A DNA stretch of 51,842 nucleotides from Elusimicrobiota bacterium (GCA_046153645.1 JBJXGI010000092.1:1-51842); one strand, 5' to 3'. Positions 1 through 8,907 are shown, numbered from the stretch's first letter. Notes: generated by a model from the sequence alone, not told the origin. Made by a program: numbers and translations.

Positions 1-667
1 TCTGAGTTATTCTCGCAGAATCCCCCTGATCTAAAATTCCGCTTTTATCCAATTGAACCGAGCCTTTAGCGATATATAAATGAACAAAAAAACCTTCCGG
101 CAATTTTACGCTTTCATTTATTTTAAGACGACCACCCCACAAAACAGCGTCTTTTTGCCGAATAGAAATAGCCGCATTATGACCTTGACCAGAAGCGATG
201 GGAACCAATCCTCCCTTAGAGAGCTCTCTGTTAATATCTAATTGTTCGTAACCAGGTTGAATTTTTTCCGTATCTGGTGGAACCCACATTTGAACCAAAC
301 GAACCTCTTTATCTTGACTCGGATTCATCTCAGAATGCCAGATTCCCCGTCCTGCACTCATTCGTTGAGCCAAGCCAGGATAAATAATGCCTTTATTACC
401 CTCGGAATCCTTGTGTTCTAATTCACCATCCAACACCCATGTCACAATTTCCATATCTCGATGAGGGTGGGTCTGAAAACCAGTACCAGGGCGAATAATA
501 TCATCGTTACTTACCAGGAGAAGTCCGTGGTGAGTATTTTCAGAATCATAATGATGGCCAAAACTAAAACTATGATTTGAATCAAGCCAAGCGATATTGG
601 TTTGAAATCGATCTGATGAGCGTTTGATTACAATAGAACTATGTGAGGCTACTTCTTCATTTCGCAA
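1..667 (-). CDS. Pirin family protein (YhhW-like bicupin), 3' end runs off the window
   Basis: Not in ORF track. Manual translation gives ...WLDSNHSFSFGHHYD...VSNDDIIRPGTGFQTHPHRDMEIVTWV...MSAGRGIWHSEMN...LDQGDSARIT (pirin motifs). Likely TTG start at 667 with AAGGAG 8 nt upstream, overlapping the end of the upstream gene. Confidence 0.9.
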   Translation of the reverse strand, partial: MRNEEVASHSSIVIKRSSDRFQTNIAWLDSNHSFSFGHHYDSENTHHGLLLVSNDDIIRPGTGFQTHPHRDMEIVTWVLDGELEHKDSEGNKGIIYPGLAQRMSAGRGIWHSEMNPSQDKEVRLVQMWVPPDTEKIQPGYEQLDINRELSKGGLVPIASGQGHNAAISIRQKDAVLWGGRLKINESVKLPEGFFVHLYIAKGSVQLDKSGILDQGDSARITQ

Positions 668-1314
668 CAGGATTTCTCCTTATTCTTTTTGCAGCAGCGA
701 TCTTTGTCTGAAGAACAACATTTTTCACAGTTTTCTTTTTGACATTTTTTAGCCTTACATTTATCACAGCAATATTCCCCATCTTCAAAACATTTTTTAT
801 TACTTTCAAGCTCACATTTTTCTTTTTTCATGCAACTTCCATGAGGATCGGCAGAGTTTATAGAAGTTACTTCAGTAAATTTGAAATTAAATAAATCGGC
901 TGGCTTTTCTTTCGAAAATTTAATTTCAACAGTATAAAGGATGGGAAAAAACACCCCTGGAGGCAAATCTGCCTTTAGATATTCTCTATTATCACCCAAT
1001 TGAGGAATAAGGTTAAAAGGAGCGCCTTCTTCCAATCCTTTCGTATTGAGTTTTGTGACATTAATGGTTGTATTTTCTAAAAAAGGCTCTGCGGAAATAG
1101 GTTTGGTGTAATCATCATAAAAATACAATTGAAATTCACCCGCAAACGGCATAGCCCCCTCTAAGTGATGAAATTTATCGGGCGCCATAAAAAATTGCCC
1201 GCCATGTTTTGGACTATGATCTTCATGTGGCTTTGATTTGTGATGATCATGCTTTCCAGCCCAACTGAAACTTCCAAATAACATTACAAATAACAACAAT
1301 TTCATTCTTTTCAT
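649..1314 (-). CDS. Exported His-rich protein with Cys/Lys-rich metallothionein-like C-terminal tail
   Basis: Signal peptide, KHDHHKSKPHEDHSPKHGGQFFMAPDKFHHLEG, 14 Cys in last 61 aa. ATG at 1314 follows GGGGGA (track start 1326). Confidence 0.75.
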   Translation of the reverse strand: MKRMKLLLFVMLFGSFSWAGKHDHHKSKPHEDHSPKHGGQFFMAPDKFHHLEGAMPFAGEFQLYFYDDYTKPISAEPFLENTTINVTKLNTKGLEEGAPFNLIPQLGDNREYLKADLPPGVFFPILYTVEIKFSKEKPADLFNFKFTEVTSINSADPHGSCMKKEKCELESNKKCFEDGEYCCDKCKAKKCQKENCEKCCSSDKDRCCKKNKEKSCCEMKK

Positions 1315-1326
1315 ATATTCCCCCAT

Positions 1327-2103
1327 TTAAAATGCTGTCGATAATCCCAAATTAAAACCAAGTGCCATATAAGAATTGCGGGATTCAAATGGAATATCCC
1401 CTTTAAACCCCAAATCAATAACAGATCTTATGCTAATTTGACGACGTATTCCAATTCCCCATTTTCCCATTGGTTTTTGCCCTTTTATTTCACTTTCTCT
1501 TATCCCAATATTGGCCAATGCCGTTGAAACAAATTTCTTAGGATAACCCAAGGGATGGGTTAAACCAAGAATGGCAGAATGAAGCCATTTTCTTTCTCTA
1601 AAACTTGAGCCGGCTCGATAAATTGATATGGAATTCAAGTGAACCCGTTCAAATTCAAAAAACCTTTTACTGAAAATAGCTTTAACTAAATATTCCATCT
1701 CTTTTTGATTTTTCCCTGAAGGGAAGCCTGCACCCAATTTAAAAGCAACAGCAGGAAAATTCAATAACTCTCGATTTAAATTATGAAAATAACTAACTTC
1801 TGTTCGATTAAAATTAAATCGAGAATCGCGAAATTCATCTATGTTTCCCCATCCGGGATCAAAACCAATTGAAAAATGCGAATTCAAAAAAGCGCCATAA
1901 GAAATTTCAATGGGGATTGAAACCCCTGTTTTACCATGTCGAGGAAACTCTGTGTGAATTCCAGATTCGTATGACAACTCATATCTAGCAATTGACTCTG
2001 CATCTTCAAAAGACAAAGGACGATTTAAATCGATATTATTATGGTCAACGGCGAAAGCGGTTATGGTTAGAAGTAAAGAACATAATGAAATACTTGCCCT
2101 CAT
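1327..2103 (-). CDS. Putative outer-membrane beta-barrel protein
   Basis: Signal peptide from MRASISLC (ATG 2103; track start 2181), alternating amphipathic strands, C-terminal Phe (LGFNLGLSTAF). Confidence 0.6.
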   Translation of the reverse strand: MRASISLCSLLLTITAFAVDHNNIDLNRPLSFEDAESIARYELSYESGIHTEFPRHGKTGVSIPIEISYGAFLNSHFSIGFDPGWGNIDEFRDSRFNFNRTEVSYFHNLNRELLNFPAVAFKLGAGFPSGKNQKEMEYLVKAIFSKRFFEFERVHLNSISIYRAGSSFRERKWLHSAILGLTHPLGYPKKFVSTALANIGIRESEIKGQKPMGKWGIGIRRQISIRSVIDLGFKGDIPFESRNSYMALGFNLGLSTAF

Positions 2104-2167
2104 CCTAACCTTCTCCCACTGTTGTGGGAGAAGGGACATGAAGAATAAATGACGCGCTTGTAAAAGC

Positions 2168-3742
2168 TTACTTTTTATCAAAAGGATTTCCTTCGGGCCC
2201 TAGGGGTTTTACATAGGTGTCAGGTTTTTTTCCAATTCGGTCACTCCACTGCGAAAATGACAAAGCTTGAGCATTTTTATATTTATGATTTTCATGCGTA
2301 AATTTTTCAAAAGCTGCTTGAGAGGTAAAGGCTTGAGACCATTTATGACACCCTGCATGCCCCCCTTCTTCCTCTAAAAAGACAACATCGAAATTGTCAG
2401 TGCTGAGTGTTCCATCATTAGAAGAAAAAATAATAACTGGTTTTTCAGGATTTTCAGTAGCCAAATGGAGAATCGCCTTTCCTTTTGTTTCGAAGGCCAT
2501 GTCGCGAGCGCAAAGCGCGCAACGAACCCGCATGGACCACCCCTCAGCCATAATAGAAGAAGCTTCCCAAGCTCTCTTTCCCTCAGGTAAGGGCATCGAG
2601 CAGTGATGACAATCTTCCATGCTCATCCAACCCATACCCTCCATCCACATGACCTCTTCTGTTGAGTGCGGCATAAGTCCCATACCAGGCATTCCCTTCA
2701 TAAAACGGTGATCGTGTAGCCCTCCAATTTCTCTAACGTCTCCTGGTTTTTCATTTTTATGAGTTGCCGCTGACAACATTAAAATGGCTTCGGTAATAGC
2801 GTCGTCCTTTTTTTCCCAAGGAATTTTGTCGGACACCAAAATATCATTGACCATATCATGCAACATATGAAGGTTATCGAAGGCATTGGCAACGTGTGGA
2901 AACTTTTCAGCAAAACGGGGACTTAGTTCCGCCACCATGGGCATAAAGGGCCGCTTTGTCTTAAAAAGCTCAATGGTATGATAACGCTCCCCAATAATGT
3001 CATAAGCTTTTTTTTGCTCACTTTCAGTTTTCTGATAAAGCATGTCATACACAATACCTTGTAACCAATGATATCCCCAAAATAAAGCATTGGTTTTGGG
3101 AAAACGCGATCTAAAACCACCACTATATTTTTGATTATCCAAATACCCCATATTCATGGGTAAAGGAGAAACAGCATAAGGAAGTTGTGTGAAGTAAAAA
3201 TCCCACAACTGATTAATTTTTTTATCTTTTTCAGAAAAAGTTAAGTCTTTTGATGCCAGCACATCTAAAGTTTGCGCATGTAAAAAATGCCCCCAGTCAA
3301 AAACCTGCTCTAAAACACCAAACTTTCTAGAAAATGTAGGAGAAATTTCCCCTTCATCTGGCATAAATTCAGGAGGATGATTCAGTACCCATAAAATTTT
3401 ATCGAATGTTTTCGTTTCTAATTTTGCCTGTTTCCCCTTAACGATATCTTCATAAGCCATGGCATGGCCAACGGCAACCGCATTTAAATCCTGGGCTAAT
3501 TTTTTTAACCCATAAATATCGTAGTTAAACACACCTCTTGGCATAAATACGTGATCTTTTGATACATTTTTTAACCAAGCAGGGAGGTCCTTTGGAGGCA
3601 TTGTGGAGGAAACAACAGAATAAACTTCGTCATTTTCGCCAGACATCTCTTCATGAGCGCAAATGGAACTTGAAAATAACAACAAAGTCAGTACTAATCT
3701 ATGAAATTTTATTGACCAGGTCCCCATAACTTCCCTTGCCAC
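2168..3742 (-). CDS. Exported His-motif helical protein fused to a C-terminal Cys-rich (MerB/NosL-like) domain
   Basis: 524-aa ORF, signal peptide ending SSSICA, duplicated DxxHxLH motifs, Met-rich linker, CHHC / RCALCA / HAGC. Start uncertain (3742 or 3727). Confidence 0.7.
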   Translation of the reverse strand: MAREVMGTWSIKFHRLVLTLLLFSSSICAHEEMSGENDEVYSVVSSTMPPKDLPAWLKNVSKDHVFMPRGVFNYDIYGLKKLAQDLNAVAVGHAMAYEDIVKGKQAKLETKTFDKILWVLNHPPEFMPDEGEISPTFSRKFGVLEQVFDWGHFLHAQTLDVLASKDLTFSEKDKKINQLWDFYFTQLPYAVSPLPMNMGYLDNQKYSGGFRSRFPKTNALFWGYHWLQGIVYDMLYQKTESEQKKAYDIIGERYHTIELFKTKRPFMPMVAELSPRFAEKFPHVANAFDNLHMLHDMVNDILVSDKIPWEKKDDAITEAILMLSAATHKNEKPGDVREIGGLHDHRFMKGMPGMGLMPHSTEEVMWMEGMGWMSMEDCHHCSMPLPEGKRAWEASSIMAEGWSMRVRCALCARDMAFETKGKAILHLATENPEKPVIIFSSNDGTLSTDNFDVVFLEEEGGHAGCHKWSQAFTSQAAFEKFTHENHKYKNAQALSFSQWSDRIGKKPDTYVKPLGPEGNPFDKK

Positions 3743-4542
3743 GATAGGCCCACCCCCACTGTTTGACCAACAGAAGTATTTGCACCTGTGAGAAGGGTAT
3801 CGTAGAAAATTTCATATCCCCACCCACTCTTTTGAAACAAAGCTATCGTAAAATTAAGCTTCATAAATTCTTTATCAAAAACAAAATCATTAAAATTTGA
3901 GTTCAAATTGCTGGCCTCATCATTTGTTAGATTTGATATTCCATCGAGCCCAACCTTAAGCAACAAATTTTTCTTTGGGAAAAAACCTGTTTCAAAAACA
4001 TAAGGAATTTCATCAGAATAATCACCATTTCGTTTTCGGTATCCAACTTCTGAACTCAAATAAACTGGCCATGGATAAAGCGATTTTCCTGCAAGCAAAC
4101 GGCATTCAAGATCAACCTGTCCTTGTCCCAAAGGTGGATTTTTTCGTTCCGAATATCCCAGAGGTGTTTTGACCCCCAACTGAACACTTGAAGTGAATTT
4201 TTCAGAAGGAAGTTTTCTTTTCATATAAAACCATAAATCAGTTAATCCAGACTCAGAATGAGAAATACCAGCGAACTTACTGGTGGCTGATTTGAAAGAA
4301 AACTGAGTTATACCCGTCCATTTTTCTGTAAAACCAAACTCACCATAGAATGAGGAAGAATATTCAGAATATTTAGGACCATTCAATTTCTTATTTTTTT
4401 TTGGCGCAAATACTTTATCTGCAGAATACTTTGAAAAACTCACCTTAGAATAAACTTCGTTTTTCTCTCTCAGCCATGCTCCAGCCCAAAGAGAAGATGA
4501 AACCGAAACCATCAAACATACTGTCACACTTATTTTTTTCAA
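3709..4542 (-). CDS. Putative outer-membrane beta-barrel protein
   Basis: TTG start after AAGGAG, signal peptide (SLWA-GAW), amphipathic strands, GLTDLW...GVKTPLGY...PPLGQGQVDLE pattern. Confidence 0.6.
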   Translation of the reverse strand: MKKISVTVCLMVSVSSSLWAGAWLREKNEVYSKVSFSKYSADKVFAPKKNKKLNGPKYSEYSSSFYGEFGFTEKWTGITQFSFKSATSKFAGISHSESGLTDLWFYMKRKLPSEKFTSSVQLGVKTPLGYSERKNPPLGQGQVDLECRLLAGKSLYPWPVYLSSEVGYRKRNGDYSDEIPYVFETGFFPKKNLLLKVGLDGISNLTNDEASNLNSNFNDFVFDKEFMKLNFTIALFQKSGWGYEIFYDTLLTGANTSVGQTVGVGLSWQGKLWGPGQ

Positions 4543-4577
4543 ATGAAAACTCCTTTATTACAACTGAGAATGGAATT

Positions 4578-5030
4578 CTACTGAGCCATATCAACCATTT
4601 CAGTTAATGTTATGGGTTGATTTCCTTTTAAAATGACTTTGTTTTTCTTGACGTAGGAGGAGAATGCTTCTTTTGAACTCAATGCTCTATAACCGATCTC
4701 ACAATATCGATGTTTTACTTTTTCCCCTATAAATAAAACTTCTTGAGGAGAAGCCCAAACTCCATTTTTCCGATTAATTTCAACTGTTTTTCCTTTCAGT
4801 TCCGTGGGAGCAAGAATGGTGACATCCCCTGAATAGGATTTTTTAGCATCCGCAATCGCACAGAGAACACATCGATATTCAATTCTTTTCTTTCCGTATT
4901 TCAAAACAACTTCATTATCTATTTCCTTGGTGTTTTGTACTAAGGGTAACTCACAATAAGGGCAATCAGCTTCATGAGCCGATAATGGTTTGAACAACAT
5001 CATGAAAAACATTAAAAAAATTATTCTCAT
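4578..5030 (-). CDS. Exported Cys-rich putative metal-binding protein (MerB/NosL-like)
   Basis: ATG 5030 after GGAGGAG (the track's extension to 5261 overlaps the next gene), signal peptide PLSA-HEA, CPYC / RCVLCA / HRYC. Confidence 0.75.
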   Translation of the reverse strand: MRIIFLMFFMMLFKPLSAHEADCPYCELPLVQNTKEIDNEVVLKYGKKRIEYRCVLCAIADAKKSYSGDVTILAPTELKGKTVEINRKNGVWASPQEVLFIGEKVKHRYCEIGYRALSSKEAFSSYVKKNKVILKGNQPITLTEMVDMAQ

Positions 5031-5046
5031 TCCCTCTCCTCCAAAA

Positions 5047-5493
5047 CTATTCCATGACTTCATGACCCAAATACCCTGTCGCCCCAATAAAAACAACCCC
5101 GAGCAACAAAAGAAAAAGAAAAACAGGATATTCAGCTCGTTTAAAATCGTTTTTTTTGAACACTCGCCAAAATCCCAACAAAACGAACAAAGTGATCGAC
5201 GATACTCCCACCCATTGATGTATAACCATTTTATTGGCCATGGGCGTGCCATAATCAACAAATAATTTCCCTATAAAACCTGTGTCTTCTCTAAAAGGGT
5301 TACCCAAGAACCCTAAAGAAATTGTTACAAATCCACATAAAATGCCACTTAAATGCATCCAATAAGCGGTGGTTCTAAGGTCATCTTTTCTAAAAAAAGC
5401 ACCAGAAATTTCAAAAAAGAAACCGGTGATTAACAATGCAATAGGGAAGTGAGCCGCAGCCATATGCAAATCAATCAAAGGAATTTCGTTCAC
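5047..5493 (-). CDS. DUF2231-like four-helix membrane protein
   Basis: LHMAAAHFPIALL start, internal His, C-terminal GATGYLGH; GTG start after GAGGA. Confidence 0.75.
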   Translation of the reverse strand: MNEIPLIDLHMAAAHFPIALLITGFFFEISGAFFRKDDLRTTAYWMHLSGILCGFVTISLGFLGNPFREDTGFIGKLFVDYGTPMANKMVIHQWVGVSSITLFVLLGFWRVFKKNDFKRAEYPVFLFLLLLGVVFIGATGYLGHEVME

Positions 5494-5512
5494 CTAGTCC
5501 TCTCAAAAAAGA

Positions 5513-6163
5513 TTAGATTGTTGAAATAACATCTTGTTTTTCAAATCGAACCTTAGGAGCTGAGGCATATTTATCACTCTCGGAACGGTAACCTAACGCA
5601 CAACAAACAACGGCATTGTACCCCATTTCCGGAAGGCCCAGAATTTTATCGTATTCAACAGGAACAAAGCCTTCTATAGGACAAGCGTCGACTCCTAATA
5701 GTGCTGCAGATGTCATCAAATTTCCCAAAGCGATGTAAACTTGCCGCGCAGCCCATTCATTGATCACTTTGTTTCGAGGGCCTTTGACAAGATCACCAAC
5801 TATGATGTTTCGATAAGGTTTAAGAATTTCAAATGAACCACCTCTGACTTCAACTATTCGATTAATAAATTTATCAACATCAACTTCAGACAAGTCTTTT
5901 TTAATGGCTAACACAATATAATGAGAGGCATCGACAACTTGTTTTTGTCCCCAGGTAAAAGGTAATAGTCTTTTTCTTGTCTCTCCATCGTTTATGACAA
6001 AAAATTTCCAAGGTTGAAGACCATAAGAAGACGGGCTTAAGACAAGAGCATTTTCTATTGTGTTCCAAACATCTTGTGGAATTTTTTTCGTGGCATCAAA
6101 AAATTTGGTGGCATATCTCCAATTAAGCTGTTGAAGAAGTTGATCGTTTGAAATAATAGACAT
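5513..6163 (-). CDS. NAD(P)H-dependent nitroreductase, NfsB-like
   Basis: WRYATKxFD, LSPSSYGLQPWKF, GVDACPIEGF, LGYR, PKVRF. Confidence 0.93.
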   Translation of the reverse strand: MSIISNDQLLQQLNWRYATKFFDATKKIPQDVWNTIENALVLSPSSYGLQPWKFFVINDGETRKRLLPFTWGQKQVVDASHYIVLAIKKDLSEVDVDKFINRIVEVRGGSFEILKPYRNIIVGDLVKGPRNKVINEWAARQVYIALGNLMTSAALLGVDACPIEGFVPVEYDKILGLPEMGYNAVVCCALGYRSESDKYASAPKVRFEKQDVISTI

Positions 6164-6187
6164 TAAAAACTCCTTAAGAAAAAATTT

Positions 6188-6252
6188 GGCAGTTTACGAC
6201 TTAACAGCATAATATCTTTTTAGTTCCTTCTAAAGATATTTACGTAACTGCC
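6188..6252. promoter_or_regulatory. Nested imperfect inverted repeat in divergent promoter region
   Basis: GGCAGTTTACG(6188-6198)/CGTAACTGCC(6243-6252) enclosing AATATCTTT(6211-6219)/AAAGATATT(6232-6240). Confidence 0.45.
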
Positions 6253-6281
6253 GAAAATATGAACATAAGGAGATTACCCAC

Positions 6282-7007
6282 ATGAAAAGAGAATATTTAC
6301 ACAAATTTTGGCTTAGTGCCGCTATCAGTTTATCAACTTTTTCTTTGTTGTTTTCAAACCCGTCCCATCATGATTTAACAGAAGATACCCATTCCCCATC
6401 TTCTCATCAAACCGACAAAAAACCCTTGGTGGAAAATAATTTATGGAATAGTTTAAAAGAAGGGAATGTGAGATTTATAAGCGGAAAACCGCTCCCACGC
6501 GAATACATCAAGAAAAGAATAGAGCTATCCAAAGGACAAAAACCGAAATTCATCGTACTTACTTGTGCTGATTCTCGCCTTAGCCCGGAACTTATATTTG
6601 ACAAAAACTTAGGCGAATTATTTGTACTAAGAACAGCAGGAAATATTGCCGACCCTATCGTTCTTGGTAGCATAGAATATGCAGTTGAACACTTGGGATC
6701 AAAGATGCTGGTTATTTTAGGGCATGAGAAATGTGGCGCCGTCGCGGCAGCCTGCGATGGTGGTACGATGCCGACAACGAACCTAGAGGCTATCGTAAAA
6801 AAAATCGGAGCGGGCATTTCTGAACTAAAAAACCGCTTCTCAGGAGAGCCACTAAAAACCTTAGCCATCAGAGCCAATATATATCAAAGTTCTAACGACA
6901 TTGTTAAAAATAGCCCGATTGTAAAAGAAGCTCTAGAAAAACATGGCCTACAAATAGTGAATGCCATCTATCGCCTTGAAAGTGGTGAAGTAGAACGAAT
7001 GCACTAA
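6282..7007 (+). CDS. Beta-class carbonic anhydrase with signal peptide
   Basis: LKEGNxRF, CADSR, RTAGN, GSIEYAV, GHEKCGAV; N-terminal hydrophobic segment and His-rich linker. Confidence 0.92.
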   Translation: MKREYLHKFWLSAAISLSTFSLLFSNPSHHDLTEDTHSPSSHQTDKKPLVENNLWNSLKEGNVRFISGKPLPREYIKKRIELSKGQKPKFIVLTCADSRLSPELIFDKNLGELFVLRTAGNIADPIVLGSIEYAVEHLGSKMLVILGHEKCGAVAAACDGGTMPTTNLEAIVKKIGAGISELKNRFSGEPLKTLAIRANIYQSSNDIVKNSPIVKEALEKHGLQIVNAIYRLESGEVERMH

Positions 7008-7015
7008 CTTTAGGT

Positions 7016-7044
7016 TTGACCTTTAATAAAGAAGAAGTTAGATT
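7016..7044 (+). promoter_or_regulatory. Sigma70-type promoter, probably leaderless transcript
   Basis: TTGACC-17 nt-TAGATT, then 6 nt to ATG 7051; no SD. Confidence 0.6.
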
Positions 7045-7050
7045 GGCCCT

Positions 7051-7956
7051 ATGAAAAAACTAACTTTGATCGCTCTGCTCACCTTTTTCCTTTCTCCTCT
7101 GAGCTATGGCCAAGACTTTTGGTCGTATTGGGGCGATGGCAAGGCCGAACTGAGTGGTTATACCATCACCCAACCTCGCTATGGGCAAAACCGTACCGGA
7201 AAAGCAGTCATGATTTTTGTCACAGAAGATCACTCCCTAAAAGAACGAGTCAAAATTGAGGGTGATTCCACCAACATTCCCGCCAACCAAAGATACTCTG
7301 TGTTGAAATTAAACTTTCTCAAAACATTTCAAACAGGCATTTATGATTACAAAGTTATGTCTTCAGTTTTTTCACAAATAGATAAAAATATGGAACCCAG
7401 TCGTATTTCACTCAGTGTTCAAGAATGGTGTGGTCATGTTTTTGATCAGGTGGTATCAGATGGGAAAAAAGTAACTCAATCTCTTCACAGTTACTTTGGC
7501 GGAGAGGCGGACCAAAATAATCAGTTTACTATCCCAAACAATTTGATCTATGAAGATTCTCTTCCCATTCTCATGAGAGAACTTAATAGTGAATGGCTTA
7601 AAAAAGGCGAAACCAAAGAAGCTGTATCAGTTCCCATGTTGTTGTCGTTACGCTTTACGCATAAACCTTTCGAATTCGGGAAGGTGAGGGTAACGAAATC
7701 TGCTGAGAGTGAAATAATTACTACCGCTTTAGGAAAAAAAGAAACCACGAAATGGCTCATTGATTCAACTCATTTTGGCCAATACACTTACTGGATAGAA
7801 AAACAATGGCCCAAGCGAATTTTAAGATGGAAAAGCTCTCAAGGAGAAAGCGGTGAGATTACAGGAACAACTCGACTCCCCTACTGGAGTTTAAATGCCA
7901 ATGGAGATGAAAAAAACCTTTCCCTATTATTTCCGAGAGAAATTCAGAAAAAATAA
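7051..7956 (+). CDS. Exported conserved hypothetical protein
   Basis: 301-aa ORF, signal peptide, YWGDGKAELSGY...RYG...IFVTED...KLN...FQTGIYDY...QEWCGH motifs; function unknown. Confidence 0.75.
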   Translation: MKKLTLIALLTFFLSPLSYGQDFWSYWGDGKAELSGYTITQPRYGQNRTGKAVMIFVTEDHSLKERVKIEGDSTNIPANQRYSVLKLNFLKTFQTGIYDYKVMSSVFSQIDKNMEPSRISLSVQEWCGHVFDQVVSDGKKVTQSLHSYFGGEADQNNQFTIPNNLIYEDSLPILMRELNSEWLKKGETKEAVSVPMLLSLRFTHKPFEFGKVRVTKSAESEIITTALGKKETTKWLIDSTHFGQYTYWIEKQWPKRILRWKSSQGESGEITGTTRLPYWSLNANGDEKNLSLLFPREIQKK

Positions 7957-7968
7957 ACTAACCACTAT

Positions 7969-8595
7969 CTAAGTATTCAGATTTGAAATTTTCTCTTTAT
8001 TATCAACAACAAAACCTAAAATATCTCGAAGCAAGCCGTCTTCTAAATCATAAACCCACCCATGAATTTCCAATTTTTGGCCACGCGCCCAAGCCCCTTG
8101 AACAATAGTCGTAAGTGCTAAATTTTTAACTTGCTCAAAAATACTAAGTTCACATAATAAATTGACTTTCTCTTTAATTGATGGCTGACTATCAATTTTA
8201 GAACGATTTCGCTCGCAAACATCTCCCAAATGGCGAAGCCAATTATCAATAAGCCCGAGTTCCGCCTTTTCAACAGCGGCTCTCACTCCCCCACAACCGT
8301 AATGACCACATACAATAATGTGCTTTACCTTCAAAACATCCACCGCATATTGAATAACAGACAGACAATTAAGATCCGTATGAACCACTAAATTAGCGAC
8401 ATTGCGGTGAACAAACAATTCGCCTGGAAGAAGGTTGACAATTTCATTGGCAAGCACCCGACTATCTGAGCAACCAATCCACAAATATTCTGGGGCTTGT
8501 TGCTTGGATAAAAGTTCAAAAAAACCAGGCTTGAGTTTCTGCATTTCTTTTACCCAAGCACGGTTATTATCAAATAAATGTTTAAGTGATTTCAT
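7969..8595 (-). CDS. can: Beta-class carbonic anhydrase, cytoplasmic Can type
   Basis: YLWIGCSDSRV, GELFVHRNVAN, CGHYGCGGV, IHGWVY. Confidence 0.95.
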   Translation of the reverse strand: MKSLKHLFDNNRAWVKEMQKLKPGFFELLSKQQAPEYLWIGCSDSRVLANEIVNLLPGELFVHRNVANLVVHTDLNCLSVIQYAVDVLKVKHIIVCGHYGCGGVRAAVEKAELGLIDNWLRHLGDVCERNRSKIDSQPSIKEKVNLLCELSIFEQVKNLALTTIVQGAWARGQKLEIHGWVYDLEDGLLRDILGFVVDNKEKISNLNT

Positions 8596-8598
8596 AAT

Positions 8599-8907
8599 TT
8601 AATCGTTTCCTTTTTTACTTTTGACTAGAAATTCTTTTTTAGCTTTCGGCATTTTTTTTATTTTTGCTTCTCTTATTAAAGCAGCGGAACGACTCAGCGC
8701 ATTTTCTTGATATATCAGTTCAATGGGCAAATGTGTCCGGGTGTAGGCTGCCCCTTTTCCTGACTGATGTTTTTTAAATCGCGCCAACGGGTCTTTGGCA
8801 ATCCCTGTATAAAGAGTTCCATCTCCACAACGAAGCAAATAAACACTCCAATCGGTTTCGTTGCTTTGGGGTAAGTTTTTTATCATTTTCAAATACTTTG
8901 ATTTCAT
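8599..8907 (-). CDS. Small GIY-YIG nuclease (UPF0213-like)
   Basis: VYLLRCGDGTLYTGI...RFKKHQSGKGAAYTR...ALIREAKIKK. Confidence 0.9.
   Translation of the reverse strand: MKSKYLKMIKNLPQSNETDWSVYLLRCGDGTLYTGIAKDPLARFKKHQSGKGAAYTRTHLPIELIYQENALSRSAALIREAKIKKMPKAKKEFLVKSKKGND

Noticed and set aside
5031..5261. N-terminal extension of the 227-aa ORF in the track
   Set aside because: Overlaps the DUF2231-like gene in another frame; a strong SD and signal peptide support the start at 5030.
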